Below, in pieces: positions 10,117 through 19,246 of a stretch of 24,237 bases of DNA. The notes under the pieces were generated by a model that saw only the letters and a list, made by a program, of their open reading frames with translations, was not told the DNA's origin and ran no database searches. The stretch lies in the NCBI GenBank assembly GCA_964388035.1, contig CAYLZE010000075.1:1-24237 (forward strand), read 5' to 3'. The DNA is from an uncultured archaeon (lineage in GTDB: Archaea > Asgardarchaeota > Lokiarchaeia > Sigyniarchaeales > SOKP01). How positions within the stretch are numbered: the first letter of the stretch is position 1; every line of letters begins with the position of its first letter. The position numbers and the translations under genes are program-made.

Positions 10117-10541
10117 GCGTCATAGCCTCTAATTAATTGAAATATAATTGTTTAATAAAAACTTTATTTGAATAATAAACCCATTAATATAAATAAAGTT
10201 TCCAATAAAAAACCGATTATGATTGATATGGTGGTTTTTTTTTTCTCCTTAAAATAAAGTCAGGTTAGCTCTGAATATTGGGCTCTAATTACATTTATCA
10301 TAAAGATATTCCTTGCATCTTTAAAAAGAGGAATAACTTTTTGAGAGGGAGGTTAATTAATGGAACATGATAAAAAATATTTTATAAGATTTCACATCTT
10401 ATCTTAAATTTCATAATTTTTAGAAATTACTTAATAAAAGTAGCTTTATTCTTCAATTGGATGGTAAAAATTTAGTCTAGCAGTAAATAGCTTTTTATAA
10501 TTACATGAATTCCTTACAAAAGTGAATAGACATGAGATTTT

Positions 10542-10703
10542 AAAAAGGTGACTCTCCTAAACCGCGACCTAATTACAAGGTCAATAAAATAAAAAGGGGA
10601 AGGAGGGCGAATAAAGCGTAGAACATGCTACGCTAACCAAAAGACAAAATTCCAGCCTATCCCGAAGCGGAAATGGGTATCCAGGTTGGTTTAGGAGAGT
10701 CAT
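10542..10703 (-). ncRNA. Candidate structured small RNA (~160 nt) of unknown family
   Basis: Perfect 15-bp terminal stem 10549-10563/10688-10702. Internal hairpins at 10566-10582 and 10615-10634 and an imperfect one at ~10656-10685. TATA lies at -30..-23 relative to 10703, and a U5 tract immediately follows the stem. Confidence 0.6.
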
Positions 10704-10725
10704 GGGTTTTTTTAAGTATCAAAAT

Positions 10726-10740
10726 CATATATACTTTTTT
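10726..10740 (-). promoter_or_regulatory. Archaeal BRE + TATA box for the candidate sRNA
   Basis: The minus strand reads AAAAAAG-TATATATG. The TATA at 10733-10726 is -30 to -23 relative to the first base of the stem region (10703). Confidence 0.55.
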
Positions 10741-10867
10741 AATAAAATTTTGATAATTTAAAATTTTTATCTATTATGTATTATAATATTGATGTAAGTA
10801 TATAAATGAATGGATATATAATACTTTATTCAAAGGAGAAAAGATATAAGTCAAGTTTGAATCAAAA

Positions 10868-11254
10868 ATGAGTGCGAATAAAAAAAATCCTACCCCAATG
10901 GAAGAAAAACAGAAGATTAAGATTACCTATAAGATGATCATTTTTTTCATTCTAGGAGGTTGTGTCTCTTGGATAAACATGTGGTTTATTTTGATCTTCA
11001 TGGAAATTTGGTCTTATTTAAGCATAATTTTCACAACAATTATTCCTTGTGTAGGAATTGGACTAAAAAATCGCCTATGGGCCTATAGCTACATTCTTGG
11101 ATTTTCAATAGCCGGGATTCCTTTCATGATTTTCATGGATTTATTTATAGGAGGGTATACCTTTATAACTACCTTTTTAATTTTTATTATAATATGGTTG
11201 ATTTTTTGGAAGGCGTGGCGAACTATCGGAAGTATAAAAAAAGAGATTGATTAA
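10868..11254 (+). CDS. Hypothetical small integral membrane protein (~4 TM helices)
   Basis: 128 aa with four hydrophobic stretches and basic termini. Confidence 0.8.
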   Translation: MSANKKNPTPMEEKQKIKITYKMIIFFILGGCVSWINMWFILIFMEIWSYLSIIFTTIIPCVGIGLKNRLWAYSYILGFSIAGIPFMIFMDLFIGGYTFITTFLIFIIIWLIFWKAWRTIGSIKKEID

Positions 11255-11355
11255 TAATGTAGTAATTTGAATAGAGAGAGCACTTTTTTAAAGTTAAATT
11301 ATAAGTATTCTTCTCCATTCATTATAAAGAGAATCTAAGGGCTAGTGCGATATAT

Positions 11356-11868
11356 CTAGAGTTCTATGATAATTTCTCCGACACATTTCTTTTGTGAGCA
11401 TAAAAGGCAGGTATTTATGGGGGGTTGAAACTTGTGCTTAACGTTCAATGCATTTAACCAACAATGGACTCTATATAATACACCGCATTTATATTTTTCT
11501 TGAATCCCAAGCCGCTTCATGCCCTCATATGCAAAACACTGCCCCATCTTCCATTGTATTTTATTATTTTCAATAAAGGTGTAGTTAAAATCCATGAAAT
11601 CTCCTTTTAACACGCTAAAAACATCATCAATCAAAATCTTCAAGTCATTAAAAGATTTAATGGATTTTTTTTCCGTGCCCCTAGCTTTTAAAACTCTTTG
11701 CATCTCTAAGGTAGAGAGAGTCTTAATGGAAGCTTTATTAAGTTTGTTAGCAGCACGAACCCCGTAATGCATATAAGCACTTAAAAACCAAGCTCCATCA
11801 TGAGACATCCAGCATTTAACAAGAAGCTCTTTGAGTTCATATTTTTCTAATTGATCGTATAATGTCAT
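11356..11868 (-). CDS. DUF6125-like protein (possible V4R-related fold)
   Basis: CWMSHDGAWF N-terminal motif and conserved-looking Cys in CFAY, YKCG and CLLC...C. Confidence 0.65.
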   Translation of the reverse strand: MTLYDQLEKYELKELLVKCWMSHDGAWFLSAYMHYGVRAANKLNKASIKTLSTLEMQRVLKARGTEKKSIKSFNDLKILIDDVFSVLKGDFMDFNYTFIENNKIQWKMGQCFAYEGMKRLGIQEKYKCGVLYRVHCWLNALNVKHKFQPPINTCLLCSQKKCVGEIIIEL

Positions 11869-12172
11869 GGTATCACGAAATTAAAGAAATATTTACTATT
11901 TACTATACCTTAATACCTTAAAATCTTAATTAAATTTTCTGTTCTTCTTTTTTCAATATCATGAAGTATAATTTATAGCGTCTAGATATACTTAAAAATG
12001 GGATTTAATCAAGAGGTGAGTTAAATTTCTTAGATACATCTTGAAATATTAAATGTCGCTTACCTCATCAGTGAGAAAAGAAAACTCCTAATTTTTACCA
12101 GGGGATAATCCTCTTTATATAGCTTAAAAGAAGTAGGAATGGTACCCAAAAAAATAACCATGCAAGGAATCT

Positions 12173-12634
12173 TTAAGAAAGCGTGCGAACGTCCTCTATA
12201 AATACGCTAATAATATTCTCAATACCCATGAATTTCTCTCTGATCACATCCTGAGATAAATTGCCCGATTCAATCAAATCTGCTAATAAATAGGTTTCAT
12301 AGAAGCATTTCTCCATTTCATAACACAGCCCGGTGGTATGCAAAATATTTTTGCTTAAATTAAGTTCATTTAAAATCCGTGAAATCGCTTTTACCAGATC
12401 AGGTGAAAATTCCTTGAGTTTTATGAGGATTTTTTTTACATTTGCTTTTTTTGTTGGGAAACAACTGATCTTAACAACATCTTCACGAGATATGTAAATA
12501 AACAAATAAAATGGAGACTCCATGATTTCATTTTTAATTTCGTCAGGGAATAGGGGATTTTCTTGTAACTGCTCCTTGGTTACGATCAAACCGATGGAAA
12601 TTTTATTTTTCTCATCCTTTTCCATTCTTATCAA
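12173..12634 (-). CDS. Hypothetical protein with possible C-terminal ACT-like domain
   Basis: 153-aa ORF preceded by GAGGGAG. The ILIKLKEFSPDLVKAISRIL...ILHTTGLC segment has an ACT-like beta-alpha-beta pattern (inference). Confidence 0.6.
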   Translation of the reverse strand: MIRMEKDEKNKISIGLIVTKEQLQENPLFPDEIKNEIMESPFYLFIYISREDVVKISCFPTKKANVKKILIKLKEFSPDLVKAISRILNELNLSKNILHTTGLCYEMEKCFYETYLLADLIESGNLSQDVIREKFMGIENIISVFIEDVRTLS

Positions 12635-13006
12635 TCTCCCTCACAGCCCTTATACTATTCATATAACCATGACGGTTTATGGTTGTGATTATTAATTTAT
12701 TATGATTTTTAGGTTATAAATGTTTAACATTTGAATTATTAATAAAAAGATAAGAGATTTACCATTGCTCATTGGTACCTTCTGTTTTTTTCCTTTTCAC
12801 TTTATGATGTGTTTTTCTCAAATGATCTCCTACAATTCTAATTTACACATCCAAACTACAAGCATGGTGATTCCTTTAATATTTCCAAATTTTATGAGAA
12901 AACGTATTACTATGATGTTATCAATATTTTAAATGATGCCCGTTCTCTCATTATATAATAAAGTAATTTAGAATTTTAAAGGTAAAAACCTCATTCTCGA
13001 TCAGCA

Positions 13007-13492
13007 ATGTCCTACAATCAAAAATTTAGCAGAAACGATAACGGATATGGATTTAAAATGGGAGATTTAAATAGTCATGATTCCGTATTTCATGCTATTT
13101 ATTTCATCGATGAAATTTCGGGTTCTTTATTGGTAAGTAAAAAAAATCCTAATGCCTCTGGGCTCCTCACCGAAACAAAAGAAGACTTAATCTCAAATTT
13201 TTTGAATGCAATGAACATGTTCATAAATGAAATTAAGAAAGATGGAGAGGAAGAGGAGATACAAGAAATAAATTTTAAGGATACTCGCCTTTTGTATCAA
13301 AGAAAGGGAAGAATTCTTTGCATTGGAATCTGTGACAAGAGTGATGTTATCTTAGAAAGAGCCATACTTAATAGCATCCTTGATGATTTTTATGATAGAT
13401 TTGAAATCCATATAAATTCTTTTAAAGGAATAATCCATCCTGCGATTCTTGCTTATACGAGTGAATTAGATAAGGTCTTTTTTAATTTCTAA
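13007..13492 (+). CDS. Stand-alone longin-like domain protein (true start may be Met at 13058)
   Basis: IYFIDEISGSLLVSK...DLISNFLNAMNMFINEI...IQEINFKDTRLLY...ILDDFYDRF..F.G resembles Asgard longin/roadblock-like proteins. Confidence 0.7.
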   Translation: MSYNQKFSRNDNGYGFKMGDLNSHDSVFHAIYFIDEISGSLLVSKKNPNASGLLTETKEDLISNFLNAMNMFINEIKKDGEEEEIQEINFKDTRLLYQRKGRILCIGICDKSDVILERAILNSILDDFYDRFEIHINSFKGIIHPAILAYTSELDKVFFNF

Positions 13493-13584
13493 AGTTTTTA
13501 GTAGAGTTAGAGTTAAGGGCCTATAGAGACCAAATCCATGAACTTCCACTTTTAATTCATCAAAAATTAAAATAAAACATTCTT

Positions 13585-14328
13585 CTATTTGATTGGAACT
13601 GGTTCAAAAGATTCCTCTTGAAATTGATCCTCTAAACTTAAAAGGGTGAGTTTCATATTGAGCATTTCCAAGACCTCCTCAAAAAGTTCTTTACATTTTT
13701 CAGAATCTTTTTCCAAGGAACAAGAATCAACTAAATTATTGAATTTGTGTTCTAATTGTCCTTTTAACTCGGCTTGATGTTCTAAATCGATCGAATAAGT
13801 GTTTAACCATTCATGAATTTTCTCTTTTATTTTGATTTCAATCTCTTCATTATGAATGTAGGCGATTTCAACTTCTTTCGCTATCTCAATACTTGCAAGA
13901 TAATCGTTATCTTGATACATGGGCTTAACAAGTAAGCCTAAGTTAAGCATTAAGGGTTTAATAGCTAACTTTTCGAATGAACTTGCCAAAAAATTCAAAA
14001 CTTGTTCTTTTTGAGAAAGATTGGCGTATTTGACATATTCTTGAATTAGATACATCAAGGTGGTCTTGATCATTAATTCTTCCAAATCCGCTACGTTTTC
14101 TAATTGAATTTCAAGAGACTTTTTAATACACATATATATACTTTTCATGAAAGGAGGTATATTTTTGAAGAGCTCAAAAAATTGAATAAAATGATAAATT
14201 TTATTCAACACACTCGTTTTATCACTTTCTTGAAGGGCTTTTTTCTCGAGCACCTCCTCTAATTCCGTATCATCAGGAGGGATTAATAAAAAGTCTTTAA
14301 TTCCAAAAAGAAGTGTATCATTATCCAA
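13585..14328 (-). CDS. Hypothetical acidic alpha-helical protein
   Basis: 247-aa ORF with TTG start, E/L/K-rich, no recognised motif. Confidence 0.75.
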   Translation of the reverse strand: MDNDTLLFGIKDFLLIPPDDTELEEVLEKKALQESDKTSVLNKIYHFIQFFELFKNIPPFMKSIYMCIKKSLEIQLENVADLEELMIKTTLMYLIQEYVKYANLSQKEQVLNFLASSFEKLAIKPLMLNLGLLVKPMYQDNDYLASIEIAKEVEIAYIHNEEIEIKIKEKIHEWLNTYSIDLEHQAELKGQLEHKFNNLVDSCSLEKDSEKCKELFEEVLEMLNMKLTLLSLEDQFQEESFEPVPIK

Positions 14329-14552
14329 TATCCATCACTTTATATATTGGAAGTAAGACTTATTAAATATTTTCCTTACGATCATCTAAGATGGGCGGGT
14401 GAAACCATTTTTTATTTGATAGCTATCTATTTAATTAGAAAATAAATTATATAAATACTTTTCATTCAGATAATGTCACTATCAAACAATTTTCATTATT
14501 TTTCTAAATAATGCTATACTAAACAAATCATAAACATATTTTAGATTCTAAA

Positions 14553-15332
14553 ATGCCCTATTTTCAATATAATAATAGTAAAAAAATATACTATACAATA
14601 AAAAGGTCAACTAATAATCAAGATAAATCGTCAGCTCTCATCTTTATTCATGGATCGGGTGGAAATTCGAACAACTGGAAGAACCAATTAAATTCTCTTA
14701 CAATAAATTTAGATCTTATTGCAATAGACCTTCCCTCCCATTTAAATTCTGATGAGTTTGATGGGCTCTCTCTCGAATTATATGTAGGTGTTTTGGAAGA
14801 ATTAATAGATACTCTCAAGCGGGATAAAGTCATATTATGTGGACATTCCTTAGGTGGTGCCATTATACAATCATTTTATTTTAAAAATCCAAATAAGGTA
14901 TTAGGATTAATATTGGTGGGTTCTGGGGCGCGATTGCGAGTTAGCCCCATGATTCTTAATTCATTAGCGAATGATTATCAAAAATATTTAGATGAACTTC
15001 CTTCAGGGGCATTTTATAGAAAGACTTCCTTGGAAATTATCAACGAGGTGGTAGAGGAATCCTCTAAAGTACCAGCGCCAGTTACACTTAGTGATTTTAG
15101 AATATGCGATGCTTTTGATACTTTGAATAAAACTGAGAGCATAAATGTCCCTTGCTTGATTATTTGCGGAAATCAAGATCGATTAACTCCTGCTAAATAC
15201 TCGATGTATTTTCATGAAAAAATAAAGACTTCGGAACTAGCACTCATCGATGGGGCCGGACATTTTGTGATGCTGGAAAAGCCAAATGAAGTTAACAAAG
15301 CAATTGAATCCTTTCTTAAGAAATATTATTAA
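14553..15332 (+). CDS. Alpha/beta hydrolase fold protein
   Basis: FIHGSGG oxyanion motif, GHSLGG nucleophile elbow, D (NQDRLTP) and H (AGH) triad residues. Confidence 0.93.
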   Translation: MPYFQYNNSKKIYYTIKRSTNNQDKSSALIFIHGSGGNSNNWKNQLNSLTINLDLIAIDLPSHLNSDEFDGLSLELYVGVLEELIDTLKRDKVILCGHSLGGAIIQSFYFKNPNKVLGLILVGSGARLRVSPMILNSLANDYQKYLDELPSGAFYRKTSLEIINEVVEESSKVPAPVTLSDFRICDAFDTLNKTESINVPCLIICGNQDRLTPAKYSMYFHEKIKTSELALIDGAGHFVMLEKPNEVNKAIESFLKKYY

Positions 15333-15630
15333 ATATTAAGGAATCTTCAAATACTCTCTTTTCATTCAAGTTATTTCTAATTTCTTTTAGAGGATAAAAA
15401 TATATTTTTTATACGAAGATAAGAATTATTATATATTATAATCCTTGAACTGAAACGCGTTCAATTTTTTTGATGAATAATTCTTTCATATCAGAATTTA
15501 GATTAACAAGTTTCATTTAGATTATATTCAAGATTATTAAAATATTTCCTAAATGTTAAATAACTTAATTAGTTAATTTTTTATTTAAAAGTCCTATACT
15601 TTATTTATTACGAGAAAGGGAGGTTTAATA

Positions 15631-16950
15631 ATGAGAAATGAATGGATTGATCATGAAAAGACAGTAACTTCTGATGATCCCCGCCGGATTCCCATTAAAC
15701 CAGAACCGAAAGGTCCTGAGGGATTTTTAGTATTGAAGGGGGGAAGAATTTTCGATGGAACTGGCAAACCAATCCATGACGGAACTGTGGTGTTGGAACG
15801 CAATAAAATAAAAGCAATACTTCCCAAAGAGTCAGATGATTGGTCATCAGAAGCAAAAATAATTGAATTGGGCGGTAAAACTATAATGCCAGGTCTAATC
15901 GATATGCACACGCACCTTACTTACACCGATTGGAATTTACCCGTATCAATTGCGCTAAATGAAGCAGATCAAACTTTGAGAGCTCTTGAGCGCATGCGTT
16001 ATTACATCGAGTGTGGAATTACAAGCGTGCGAGATGCTGCCTCCTCGGGTTTAGTACCTTTTCGAATTAAAGAATGGGTGTCAAAAAATAGAATCCCAGG
16101 ACCGCGAGTTTTTGCCGCAGGAAAATTCATCACGGCGACTGGAGGACATGCCGCAGAAATGATGGATCAACATAATTTCTTATATGGGGCAGTAATAGAA
16201 GCATCGGGATCCGAACAATGGAGAAATGCAGTTCGTGAACAGTATTCCTGGGGGGCTGATTTTATTAAAACGGGGAGTCATTTTTCGAGAGAGGAGATAA
16301 GAGCTGCTATTGAGGAAGCTCACAATTTTAATTTGAAAATAACCTCTGATGCAGAAACAATTTATATCCAATGGGCCGTAGAAGAGGGGATTGATATCAT
16401 CGAGCATCCCTTACCCCGCACTGATGAGACAATAAGACTCATGGCGGAAAAAGGAACCGAAGCAATTCCCACCTTAATACCTTATGAGATTTTATTTAAA
16501 TATGAAGGTGGCTACTATAATTCTACTTCTAGAAGATTCACCTTCTCGCCACGTGCGAATATTAAGTTAGTCAAAAAAATGAAAAAAGCTGGAATTAAAA
16601 TGGGGATTGGCACGGATATTATTTTTCAACTATATCGGTATCTACCTGAGATTTATATCGGTGAATTAACGAAATTTCTTCAGTTAAGGTATTCAAATGA
16701 GGAAGTATTAGCTTTAGCCACCAGGGTTAATGCTGAAATTCTCGATATGGACGATAAATTAGGAACTTTAGAACCAAATAAATTAGCTGACATTTTAATA
16801 GTCGATGGAAAACCAGATAGAAATCTTTTTGATTTGAAAAAAGTTGACACCGTGATTAGAGACGGATATATCGTTGTCAAGGAAGGGCGCATTTTTATAG
16901 AGCGACATCCTGATTTAACAATTCCTGGAAAAATGGAAGATATAAAATAA
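15631..16950 (+). CDS. Amidohydrolase superfamily metal-dependent hydrolase
   Basis: MPGLIDMHTH, GITSVRD, IEHP, GIGTD and LGTLEPNKLAD motifs, with a GGGAGGT RBS. Confidence 0.9.
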   Translation: MRNEWIDHEKTVTSDDPRRIPIKPEPKGPEGFLVLKGGRIFDGTGKPIHDGTVVLERNKIKAILPKESDDWSSEAKIIELGGKTIMPGLIDMHTHLTYTDWNLPVSIALNEADQTLRALERMRYYIECGITSVRDAASSGLVPFRIKEWVSKNRIPGPRVFAAGKFITATGGHAAEMMDQHNFLYGAVIEASGSEQWRNAVREQYSWGADFIKTGSHFSREEIRAAIEEAHNFNLKITSDAETIYIQWAVEEGIDIIEHPLPRTDETIRLMAEKGTEAIPTLIPYEILFKYEGGYYNSTSRRFTFSPRANIKLVKKMKKAGIKMGIGTDIIFQLYRYLPEIYIGELTKFLQLRYSNEEVLALATRVNAEILDMDDKLGTLEPNKLADILIVDGKPDRNLFDLKKVDTVIRDGYIVVKEGRIFIERHPDLTIPGKMEDIK

Positions 16951-17110
16951 AGAAATTTTTATTCTCTTCCTCTTTTCCCTGACTTTTCTTTATTTCAATA
17001 GTCCAAAACCTACTCTAATCGAAAAATTTAACGAATTAATCATGTTATAATCTTTAGAGTTAGAAAAAAACAATTAAATCTAAAGAAATTTCTTTTAATC
17101 TATCATTTTT

Positions 17111-17908
17111 ATGAGAGAATACACGTATGGACCTTTTCCATCTCGAAGGTTAGGATTATCCTTAGGCGTCGATGTATTATTACGAGATAAAATATGCACG
17201 TTTAATTGCGTGTATTGTGAAATAGGTTCGACCCAACCCAATAATCTCGTATCTCCTCTCTTTAGAATAAAAAAAAGACCAACATTGAATTTTAGGAAGG
17301 AATTAAAGGAAATTTTAAAATTTTTTCCTCATTTGAACTCGATCACATTTGGATATAATGGCGAACCCACGCTTAATGAATATATCGCAGAATATCAAGA
17401 AATTGCCGCAGATGTCCGTGAAGAGTTTAACTGGACTACTGCCCCTCCTAATTTAACCTTATTTACAAATTCCACTACCTTATTTCTCAAGGAAATTCGC
17501 GAACGAATAAAAAATTTTGATGTAATCCTAGCAAAGCTAGACTCTGCAAATCAAAGTGACTTGCAAAGCACGAATCAACCTCATGAGAATGTATCTTCTA
17601 TTGAAGGGATCATTGAATCACTTGCCCTCTTGAGCAGAGAATTGACTTCAGGTCATCAATTGACCCTACAATGTCTTTTTTATAATTCTTATCGAACGGA
17701 TATACGCTCTAACTATAACGATGAAAATGTTCAAGCTTTAATCGCTGCCATTAAAAAAATAAACCCTTCCAATGTTCAAATATACACTATTGCAAGGATT
17801 CCCGCAGAACCTCATGTATATTCTCTGGGGCAAGAAGAATTAAAAGAATTAACCGAAACGATGAGAAACGCGGTTAATAATGATAAAATAAGAATTGAGT
17901 ATTTTTAA
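17111..17908 (+). CDS. Radical SAM protein, COG0731-like (Tyw1-related Fe-S oxidoreductase family)
   Basis: YGPFPSRRLGLSLGVD, CTFNCVYC, GEPTL, FTNST, KLDS and QIYTIARIP. Confidence 0.85.
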   Translation: MREYTYGPFPSRRLGLSLGVDVLLRDKICTFNCVYCEIGSTQPNNLVSPLFRIKKRPTLNFRKELKEILKFFPHLNSITFGYNGEPTLNEYIAEYQEIAADVREEFNWTTAPPNLTLFTNSTTLFLKEIRERIKNFDVILAKLDSANQSDLQSTNQPHENVSSIEGIIESLALLSRELTSGHQLTLQCLFYNSYRTDIRSNYNDENVQALIAAIKKINPSNVQIYTIARIPAEPHVYSLGQEELKELTETMRNAVNNDKIRIEYF

Positions 17909-18088
17909 AAAAGAATCAAGTTTTTAGAAATTCCCCTCATTAAATAGAGAGAGTAAGAGGGGGCATTTCGAAAGAATGAACCGTGAGGGAGTAATCGGGG
18001 TATTTAATAAATTTAAAGGCAAAAGTTAAAAATAACAAGGAATATTACTCTAATGCATTAAAATACTAATTCTTGATGAGGATCAACA

Positions 18089-19108
18089 ATGGAATTGACC
18101 AAGGATGATTATATTATTGGAGTTGATATTGGTGGAACTTGGATCCGCGTAGCAGCATGTACTGGGGATTTAAATGAGGATAATTTGGTGATTGAAACAA
18201 CCAGAACATTAAAAGAGAATAAATTTTCAATTAGTACGTCGGTATGTGATTTGATTTCTAAGATCTTAAAAGATAATAAGATCTCTCTCCAAAAAGTCGC
18301 AGGGATAGGATTAGCAACGGCGGGACCGATTAATTTACAAAAAGGTGAAGTGTTTAATAACGCCAATTTAGGGTTCAAAACTATTCCCTTGAAGGGTCCC
18401 ATATCTAATCAATTTCCTGGAATTCCCATATATATCATAAATGATTGTCGTGCTGCAGTATTAGGAATACACTATTTTGAAGCGGAAGAAAACGAAAAAG
18501 AGAACATTGCATATATTACCATATCTACGGGAATAGGAGGGGGTGTAATATGCAATTCCCATTTATTATTGGGAAAAGAGGGGAATGCGGCGGAAATAGG
18601 TCACGGGAAGTTAAATCCGATGAGTGAACATGTGTGCAATTGTGGCGCCAAAGGTTGCTGGGAAGTTTATAGTTCTGGAACGGGCATTCGAGCAAGAACT
18701 TTAGAACTCCTCGAAACAGGAGAATATAATTCAAAAATCTTAATGGAAATAGTTAACGGTAATAAAGGGAACATAACGGCAAAAGAAGTGTTTGAAGCTG
18801 CAAGAAAAGGGGATGAATTATCTCAAAAAATTGTTCAAAATTGCATTCTCTACATGAAAATTGGGATTGGTCTTGTAAATAATTATTATGATTGCACCAC
18901 CATTTTTTTTGGGGGGGCAGTAATGAAAGATAGTGCTCAACTCTTACCCCCGCTTATTCAGCAATTTGAAACGGATCCCATTCAATTTACAATTAATCAT
19001 CCCCCCAAGCTAAAATTGACTCGATTGGGAGACCACGTGGGATTAAGAGGAGCTTTAACGCTTATAAAATATATTTTTGAAGAAAATCCTCTTCTTCCTC
19101 CAATGTGA
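18089..19108 (+). CDS. ROK family sugar kinase (glucokinase-like)
   Basis: GVDIGGT, ND.RAA, STGIGGG, AEIGH and CNCGAKGCWE zinc motif, with no N-terminal HTH. Confidence 0.93.
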   Translation: MELTKDDYIIGVDIGGTWIRVAACTGDLNEDNLVIETTRTLKENKFSISTSVCDLISKILKDNKISLQKVAGIGLATAGPINLQKGEVFNNANLGFKTIPLKGPISNQFPGIPIYIINDCRAAVLGIHYFEAEENEKENIAYITISTGIGGGVICNSHLLLGKEGNAAEIGHGKLNPMSEHVCNCGAKGCWEVYSSGTGIRARTLELLETGEYNSKILMEIVNGNKGNITAKEVFEAARKGDELSQKIVQNCILYMKIGIGLVNNYYDCTTIFFGGAVMKDSAQLLPPLIQQFETDPIQFTINHPPKLKLTRLGDHVGLRGALTLIKYIFEENPLLPPM

Positions 19109-19246
19109 ATCTGCTAAAAGCTTGCAAGTAAAATAGGGAAAAAGAAAAATGTAGATTAAATAATGTTGAAGTTCCTATTTCATCGATTTTTTCCAATTTC
19201 TTTCCAAAATTCTATTTTAAAATTAAAACGTGATTTCATTTATTAT

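Noticed and set aside
10643-10661. GACAAAATTCCAGCCTATC resembles RNase P RNA CR-V
   Set aside because: There is no upstream GAGGAAAGUCC-like CR-I able to form P4, and the element is too short.
10656-10674. CCTATCCCGAAGCGGAAAT resembles 5S rRNA loop C or an archaeal SECIS
   Set aside because: The other 5S helices and loop E are absent, and there is no selenoprotein-like in-frame TGA gene nearby.
10549-10702. MITE interpretation of the 15-bp inverted repeats
   Set aside because: No target-site duplication is visible, there is no second copy or transposase in the window, and the promoter and U-tract fit a transcript better. It cannot be fully excluded without a genome-wide search.
12064-12071. 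CTGATGAG on the minus strand (hammerhead ribozyme core)
   Set aside because: No stem II closing onto CGAAA and no stems I/III.
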